Shown: piece after piece, positions 58,451 to 64,000 of the stretch
How the letters are laid out: each line of letters opens with the position of its first letter
How positions within the stretch are numbered: the stretch's first letter is position 1
Assembly: GCA_033977065.1 (NCBI GenBank)
Contig: JAXCHI010000002.1
Coordinates: forward strand, 358,866-422,865
Length of the DNA: 64,000 nt
Source: Candidatus Algichlamydia australiensis
GTDB lineage: Bacteria > Chlamydiota > Chlamydiia > Chlamydiales > JAJFMI01
Reading direction: 5' to 3'
The notes under the pieces: generated by a model
What the model was told of the DNA's origin: nothing
The model's database searches: none
Seen by the model: only the letters and a program-made list of their open reading frames with translations
Translations under genes and position numbers: made by a program

Positions 58451-58715
58451 CATGATGAGCTCGATATGGATTGCAATCCTTCGCTCAATCTCGCTTCATT
58501 TGTGACCACATGGATAGAGCCAGAAAGGCAGAAGATCATGATGGAGAAGGTGCATAAAAACTTTATCAATCATGATGAGTACCCGCAAACAGAAGCGATC
58601 CACCAACGCTTCATCAATATGCTTACGCGCCTTTTCAACTCCCCGAAAGAGCGCAAATCGATTGGAACCTGTAGGCTCATGTGAAGCTATTAAGCTCGCT
58701 CTTTTTGCGCACAAG
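58451..58715 (+). pseudogene. Glutamate decarboxylase (GadB/GAD) fragment
   Basis: HDELDMDCNPSLNLASFVTTW.EPE...KNFINHDEYPQT..IHQRFINML, then after a frameshift VGSCEAIKLA; both ends missing. Confidence 0.8.
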
Positions 58716-58845
58716 GGGAAGAAAGCTAAGGATACTAAACATAATAGATATTTTTTCCAGAGAGTATGTAGGAATAAAAGTAGGGAGAATACTACCTTCA
58801 TTGAAAGTGATTGAGGAACTGGAGAAATTACGAGAAGTAAAGAGT
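58716..58845 (+). mobile_element. IS3-family (IS407-like) orfB fragment
   Basis: GRKLRILNIIDIFSREYVGIKVGRILPSLKVIEELEKL, an rve integrase-core pattern. Confidence 0.7.
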
Positions 58846-58861
58846 GCTGGTACCCACCAGA

Positions 58862-60314
58862 GGGAGTGTACAAATAACTGTGTAAACAAAGAAAAGCACC
58901 CCATCCCTGGAGAGCTTTAAAATGAATTGTAGAGGGCTTATGTCAAGGCTATAGCGCAGCGGGCCTTGACATAAGAAACTCAAAATTCATTAAAAAAGTG
59001 ACCAGGATGGGGCGCGTATATGTTATTATTATTTGTTTACATAGGAGTACCTCATGAATAAAAAGGTAAAGTTTGATCTAGAAAAAGAGATGCAAGGCTG
59101 CAAAACCATGGAAGATCTTATTGGGATAAATGGCCTTGTTCAAAAGCTGATTGGAGGCATGGTTGAACAAATGCTTGAACAAGAGCTCGAGGACCATCTC
59201 GGCTATGCCAAGCATGACTCTTTAGGTGATGGCTCGGGTAATAGTAGAAATGGTAGGTCTAGTAAAACGGTCCACTCTTCTTCTGGCCCTGTTCCAATAC
59301 AGATCCCTCGGGACCGCAATGGAGACTTTGAACCCCAGATTGTTAAAAAGGGCCAACGCTCTATTTCTTCTTTCGACGAGAAGATTATTTCCATGTATGC
59401 ACGTGGCTTAAGCACTCGCGATATCCAGGAGCATGTGATGGAAATTTATGGAGCTAACATCTCTCCAACATCTATTTCTAACATTACAAACAAAGTGATG
59501 GATGTTGCTCGTGAGTGGCAGAGTAGGCCTTTAGAAAGGGTTTACCCTATCGTCTATTTTGATGCGATTCACTTCAAGGTGCGCCAGAATGGAAAAGTGG
59601 TAAGCAAGGCTGCCTACACCTGTTTAGGTATTGACCTTAATGGAAAAAAAGATGTTTTAGGTCTTTGGATTGGAGAGAGCGAAGGAGCACGTTTTTGGCT
59701 CGGTGTTTTTACAGAGCTAAAAAACCGCGGTGTAGAAGATATCTTTATTGCGTGTATCGACGGACTTAAAGGACTGCCTGACGCCATTCAATCAATCTTT
59801 CCAGAAACCGAAGTGCAGCTCTGCGTTATCCACATGATACGCAACTCTATCAAGTACGTGGCTCATAAGAACTCTAAAGAGTTTATGGCAGACTTAAAAC
59901 CTGTCTATCGTGCTGTTTCTGAAGAACAGGCTGAGACAAAACTTTTGGAGTTTCAGGAGAAATGGTCTACTAAGTATCCTCTTGCCCTACAGCCATGGAT
60001 ACGCCATTGGGAAAACATCAAAACGTTTTTCAAGTTTCCTGAAGAAATTAGACGTGTCATTTATACCACAAATGCAGTAGAATCGCTTCATAGGCAGTTT
60101 AGGAAAACCACCAAGACCAGGAGTGTTTTTCCTAATAGCGATGCTCTGCTGAAGATGCTTTTTTTAACAGTAAGGGGGCTATCTGAAAAGTGGACCGTTA
60201 TGCCGGTTAGAAATTGGAGAAGCGCTGTTTCTCAATTTGCAATTTTGTATGGCAAAAGAGCAGGTTTTGATTTAGAATGAGAATTGCCGTTTACACAGTT
60301 TGATTTACACTCTC
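58862..60314 (+). mobile_element. IS256-family insertion sequence
   Basis: 26-bp imperfect TIRs GGGAGTGTACAAATAACTGTGTAAAC / GTTTACACAGTTTGATTTACACTCTC; no matching flanking duplication seen. Confidence 0.9.
59054..60280 (+). CDS. IS256-family transposase, intact
   Basis: RNG, PRDR.G.FEP, MYARGLSTRDI, YFDAI, DGLKGL, QLCVIH, YTTNAVES; AGGAG RBS. Confidence 0.95.
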   Translation: MNKKVKFDLEKEMQGCKTMEDLIGINGLVQKLIGGMVEQMLEQELEDHLGYAKHDSLGDGSGNSRNGRSSKTVHSSSGPVPIQIPRDRNGDFEPQIVKKGQRSISSFDEKIISMYARGLSTRDIQEHVMEIYGANISPTSISNITNKVMDVAREWQSRPLERVYPIVYFDAIHFKVRQNGKVVSKAAYTCLGIDLNGKKDVLGLWIGESEGARFWLGVFTELKNRGVEDIFIACIDGLKGLPDAIQSIFPETEVQLCVIHMIRNSIKYVAHKNSKEFMADLKPVYRAVSEEQAETKLLEFQEKWSTKYPLALQPWIRHWENIKTFFKFPEEIRRVIYTTNAVESLHRQFRKTTKTRSVFPNSDALLKMLFLTVRGLSEKWTVMPVRNWRSAVSQFAILYGKRAGFDLE

Positions 60315-62915
60315 CTAGATTGCGATGTGGGTCTCTTTGTGTCGATAGTAGGGGTCTTCACAAATATTAGAGCCTACCCAAGAGTGGTGCGTGACTGCAC
60401 TACCTCGGCCCGTAACCCATTCGCAGCACTTCATTTCAATGCTTACAGTTTTGCTCATTTCGATCGCTTTATTCAGCTCTTCTTTCAGCAGCTTTGTTTT
60501 CGCCCCCGAAAGAACTTTATCAGCTAGCGCTTCAAGAGAAGGTTCCCCTTGAATCAAAGCCCTAACCGTCTCTGTCCGTGTAAAAAATTCGCCAGTTGTA
60601 TTTTCAGTAAATACCTCCTCCAGCTCCTCCAGCTTTTCTTTGACGCTAGCTCTTATAGAGCAATCATGGGCTGAAAAACCCGATGCCGTCTCTAACTCAT
60701 GAGCAACATTTGCAAGTTTATCTCTTGCATTGCGAAGTTTGGAGTTCATTTTTACTGACTTTTCACTATCTACAAGCATTGGTAAAAGGCTGTTGATTGG
60801 ACGTTTTAATGGATCTCTTTTTTTCAATTTTTTATTTAAATCTATAAGCTTCTTGCGAAATTCTTCTTTGTCCTTAGCAAATGTTTCTTCATCCAATGTA
60901 TCGGCTGTTATTGGATGGATGTCTTGAGTAATTCTTTTTAGTTGATCTGTTTTTTCTTTGATCTCTTTTGCAAGATCTATGCATTTTTGCCACCACTCTG
61001 CATTCTTAGGGCACTCATTTAGTAATAAGTTAAATTCTTCAGATGTTTTTCCCCATTCATCCAAACCCTTCCTAAGGTTTTCTGTTATTTTTTTCATTAT
61101 TCTCTTAGAAGGGTTTTCTAAAAGATCTTCAATATCAGAAAACTGAGAGAGCAATTTTTTTAAATGAGAGGTCAAATCTTCTGCAGTTGTTAGAAATGCA
61201 ACTGTTGTCTTACACGGTCCGTAATAGCGCGGTTTGCATATGAGATCATGAGCTACTTGTGCAATATTTACAATCTCTTCTCCAAATGGATTTTCGCTTT
61301 GGGCAAGCAGAATAAGCATGAATGTTGTAAGTTTATAAATGATTAGATCTTCCCTAGCACGCTTTTTTGCGTATTCTGAATCTAGAAAATAAACGCCTCT
61401 CTTATCCTTTACAACCTTTGAAGCTAATTGAAACTTTGTTTCCTCTAACCTCATTTTTTTTATCATGATAAGAAGGATTTTGCTCAGGTGTTGCTGTCCT
61501 ATTTCGTAAATGGCTGGAGTCGGGTTGATCAACTGATTACTTAGCCGACCAAAACCCTCCTGAAGGAGTCTTTTTACGTGCCCAAAAACCTCCTCTTCAT
61601 GCTGGCGAGCGGTGTTTAAAAAAATTGGTGAGTCATCGATGCTTTTAAAATTTTTCCAATAGGTGTGAAGATCTTTTAATTTTTTGAGTTTCACCTCCTG
61701 CCTTTTTACTGTTTCAAAGCTTGGTTTAAAACATTCTCGATCAAGCTTTATCTCCTCTTCGAGAAGTGCAAAAAGCGCTTTTCGGTAATTGCTATTAAAC
61801 AGGTATGATTTTTCATCAATAGCAGGATTGTGTTCCAACCTCATTACTTTCGCTAGAACTTGCCAAAGAGAGAGTTTAACATCGTCTAGCCCTTTAATGG
61901 GCCTTTCCGAATAGATTCGAGTAATCCACCCCTGTACTGAAGCGATCTGATCCTCCACAATTGTTCTAGCAAGGTCTTCAATCTTGGCTTCATAAGCGCG
62001 GTGGAGCATTGCCCACCTTTTAAATTCAGTATTGGAATCAACAAATGATTCAAGAGCTCGAACTTGTTGATCGAGTGTTTTGAGCCCTTGTTGAATTTCT
62101 GTAAGACCTCGGTGCATTGAATCGGAACAGTAGCCTAAATTGCAAAATTCTCTCTGAATTGTTCTGGCTAAAGTCTGGATATCGCTTTTAGTGCTTTTTA
62201 TTTGTTTTTCTGTATCTGCATTTGGCGGATGGCTTCGTAAGTCGATAACTTCTTTCAACTTCTGAAAAAACGGATCAATTTCTTTTCCAGATCCTTTTTC
62301 TATTTGCAATCTGCTTTCTCTTATCTTTTTTAAGGACTCAGCAAAATTAACAAAAAATCTATTTAGCTGAGTTTGTTGAAGAGGAGGAACTTTAAATTTA
62401 CAGGTTTCAAATTGCTGCTCAATCTCTATTAATTGCAGTATCGCCTCTTCTAGAAAAGCTCTTTCACTTTGCAAATTTCTGCTATGCCCCCTAACGGTGA
62501 GTCCTCCGCTATGAAAACAGAAACCCTCATCAATACTTGGTGAGGGGACAAATGTACTTTTCATGAGTTTGTATGCAACATGATTGACAATAAGTTTTTC
62601 GCCGTTCCAAAACTCCTCTACAGAACCTTGGTCGCTTTTCTCTGTTGTTTTTCTTAAAATGCCGATTTCTCTTTTGCGATTTAATCCCCCCTGCGCAACT
62701 TCACTTTCGAAATAGGTTATTGAAGAGAAGGGATTATAGAGAGGGTAGTAGTGAGGTCCTCCTAGTCTATTATTCTTACGCAAAAGAATAATTTGTCTTT
62801 GGCTGTTACCGAAGCGAAGCACACCGTAATCGGGCCCTATTTCAGGAGAAGAACTTAAACCTAGCTCTTTCAAGCAGTCTCCTAAACTTGAACTGTTTGC
62901 ACGTAATTTATCCAT
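60315..62915 (-). CDS. Large coiled-coil hypothetical protein (866 aa)
   Basis: Long ORF with no family motif; stop abuts the IS256 right end. Confidence 0.75.
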   Translation of the reverse strand: MDKLRANSSSLGDCLKELGLSSSPEIGPDYGVLRFGNSQRQIILLRKNNRLGGPHYYPLYNPFSSITYFESEVAQGGLNRKREIGILRKTTEKSDQGSVEEFWNGEKLIVNHVAYKLMKSTFVPSPSIDEGFCFHSGGLTVRGHSRNLQSERAFLEEAILQLIEIEQQFETCKFKVPPLQQTQLNRFFVNFAESLKKIRESRLQIEKGSGKEIDPFFQKLKEVIDLRSHPPNADTEKQIKSTKSDIQTLARTIQREFCNLGYCSDSMHRGLTEIQQGLKTLDQQVRALESFVDSNTEFKRWAMLHRAYEAKIEDLARTIVEDQIASVQGWITRIYSERPIKGLDDVKLSLWQVLAKVMRLEHNPAIDEKSYLFNSNYRKALFALLEEEIKLDRECFKPSFETVKRQEVKLKKLKDLHTYWKNFKSIDDSPIFLNTARQHEEEVFGHVKRLLQEGFGRLSNQLINPTPAIYEIGQQHLSKILLIMIKKMRLEETKFQLASKVVKDKRGVYFLDSEYAKKRAREDLIIYKLTTFMLILLAQSENPFGEEIVNIAQVAHDLICKPRYYGPCKTTVAFLTTAEDLTSHLKKLLSQFSDIEDLLENPSKRIMKKITENLRKGLDEWGKTSEEFNLLLNECPKNAEWWQKCIDLAKEIKEKTDQLKRITQDIHPITADTLDEETFAKDKEEFRKKLIDLNKKLKKRDPLKRPINSLLPMLVDSEKSVKMNSKLRNARDKLANVAHELETASGFSAHDCSIRASVKEKLEELEEVFTENTTGEFFTRTETVRALIQGEPSLEALADKVLSGAKTKLLKEELNKAIEMSKTVSIEMKCCEWVTGRGSAVTHHSWVGSNICEDPYYRHKETHIAI

Positions 62916-62954
62916 TTCTCAAAAATAGTATTATTTTTGATTTTTTCTTTCAAT

Positions 62955-63119
62955 TAGATAGTGTCGTCAAAAGGCTATAATCAGATTATTTTTCATGTTT
63001 ACAGCTTATTTTTGTGCGGAAATTGAAGCTGAATTTGTAAATTCCGCTTCATTTGAGCACAAAAATGGAGCCCAAACATGAAAAATAAGATGGTTGTATG
63101 CTTTTGACGACGCTATCTA
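62955..63119. mobile_element. About 161-bp fully palindromic MITE (family C) flanked by TA, sharing ends with the IS5 element
   Basis: TA-GATAGTGTCGTCAAAAG ... CTTTTGACGACGCTATC-TA; inner arms TTATTTTTCATGTTT/AAACATGAAAAATAA; the end matches the IS end at 56937-56952. Confidence 0.85.
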
Positions 63120-63127
63120 GTAAATAG

Positions 63128-64000
63128 TCAGATAATTTCTGTGGCGATGGTGTCGTAAAAGAGTAAGCCTTGTGAAGAGAGGCGAGCATGATTCTCTTTT
63201 AGGTCGATATAAGTGTTTTCAGTCAGTGTTCTATGGGTCTTGGTGGGGAGCTTACCCCAGCGCTCTTCAAATGCAGAAATGTTTACACCTTTTAAAAGTC
63301 GCAAATGAATAGCCAAGAGCTCGTTGAGATTATCTGGATAGGGGAGTTTTTCGCGAAAATCTATGCGGGTTTTAGAATTGAGATACTTTGGAAAGTTGCA
63401 GGCGTTGCGGTAGCGCTCTCCATTTGTAAAGCTAAAAGCAGAGGGGCCAAGTCCAATGAACGGCTCACCTGTCCAGTAACCTGTGTTGTGGATGGCCTCG
63501 TAGCCAGGTTTGGCAAAAGCAGAAATTTCATAACGCTGCAAGCCAAGTGCGCTGAGTTTTTCAATCGCAAGATCGAGCATTTCTTTGCAGGTTTCTGATG
63601 GCGCGATTTGTCTCTGTAGCTGCTCTTTTTTTCGATAGAAGGCAGTGTCGGGTTCAATCGTCAGATTGTAAAGAGAGAGGTGGGTAATGGGAAGTTCTTG
63701 CAATTGATCTAAGGTCTTTTGCCACGAATTAAGTGTTTGCGTTGGCAATTCATACATTAAGTCTATGGTAATATTTTGAATTCCTGCTTGATACGCGTTG
63801 TGAACGGCTTTTTTTGCCTGTGCAGAATTGTGGGTGCGTCCTAAAATTTTTAGTTCAGAGTCATTAAGAGATTGAATTCCGATGGAGATGCGGTTGATGC
63901 CGATTGAGGCGAGATCATGTGCGAGCTTTTCAGTAAGTTGTTCAGGATTGGCTTCAATGGTGATTTCCCGATGGGGGAGGATTGATGGTAGCAATTAAGG
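63128..64000 (-). CDS. hemW: Radical SAM heme chaperone HemW (HemN-like), 5' end outside the window
   Basis: EITIEANP, NRISIGIQS, LGRTH, IDLMY.LP.QT, HLSLYNLTIEP, YEISAFA, HNTGYW. Confidence 0.88.

Noticed and set aside
58004..58904. Several short ORFs from the track (58004-58291, 58297-58569, 58496-58873, 58677-58904)
   Set aside because: They are shadows across MITE, IS and GAD remnants, with no independent coding signal.

Overview
64 kb of bacterial chromosome (genetic code 11) that reads as an environmental Chlamydiota genome. That assignment is inferred from a plant/chlamydial-type FabI, a CdsC-like secretin, an LcrH chaperone-translocator operon and adjacent holA and rsmI-like genes. 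The window opens with tRNA-Ser(TGA), followed by about 3.7 tandem 165-bp structured repeats that each carry the tRNA 3' end. Next comes an AT-rich, tightly coupled six-gene biosynthetic operon (FabH-like, ATP-grasp, SDR, MBL hydrolase, adenylate-forming enzyme, GNAT-like) and an AAA-DUF4143 ATPase. The middle is mostly backbone: menH-like, a frameshifted Pat-type acetyltransferase, rlmD, FKBP, ddl, MFS transporters, S9 peptidase, oppA, mlaDFE, yqgE, fabI, osmC and holA. It also holds four paralogous, N-terminally anchored proteins with protein-kinase-like motifs, a short stand-alone secretin, a miniature T3SS translocon operon and an IS903-like element that interrupts a small gene. The right end holds a eukaryote-like sterol reductase (DHCR7 type), a nest of IS3/IS5/IS256 remnants, three kinds of 160-175-bp palindromic (MITE-like) elements, an ankyrin-like gene, a glutamate decarboxylase fragment and partial hemW. 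All calls come from reading motifs by eye; no database searches were run.
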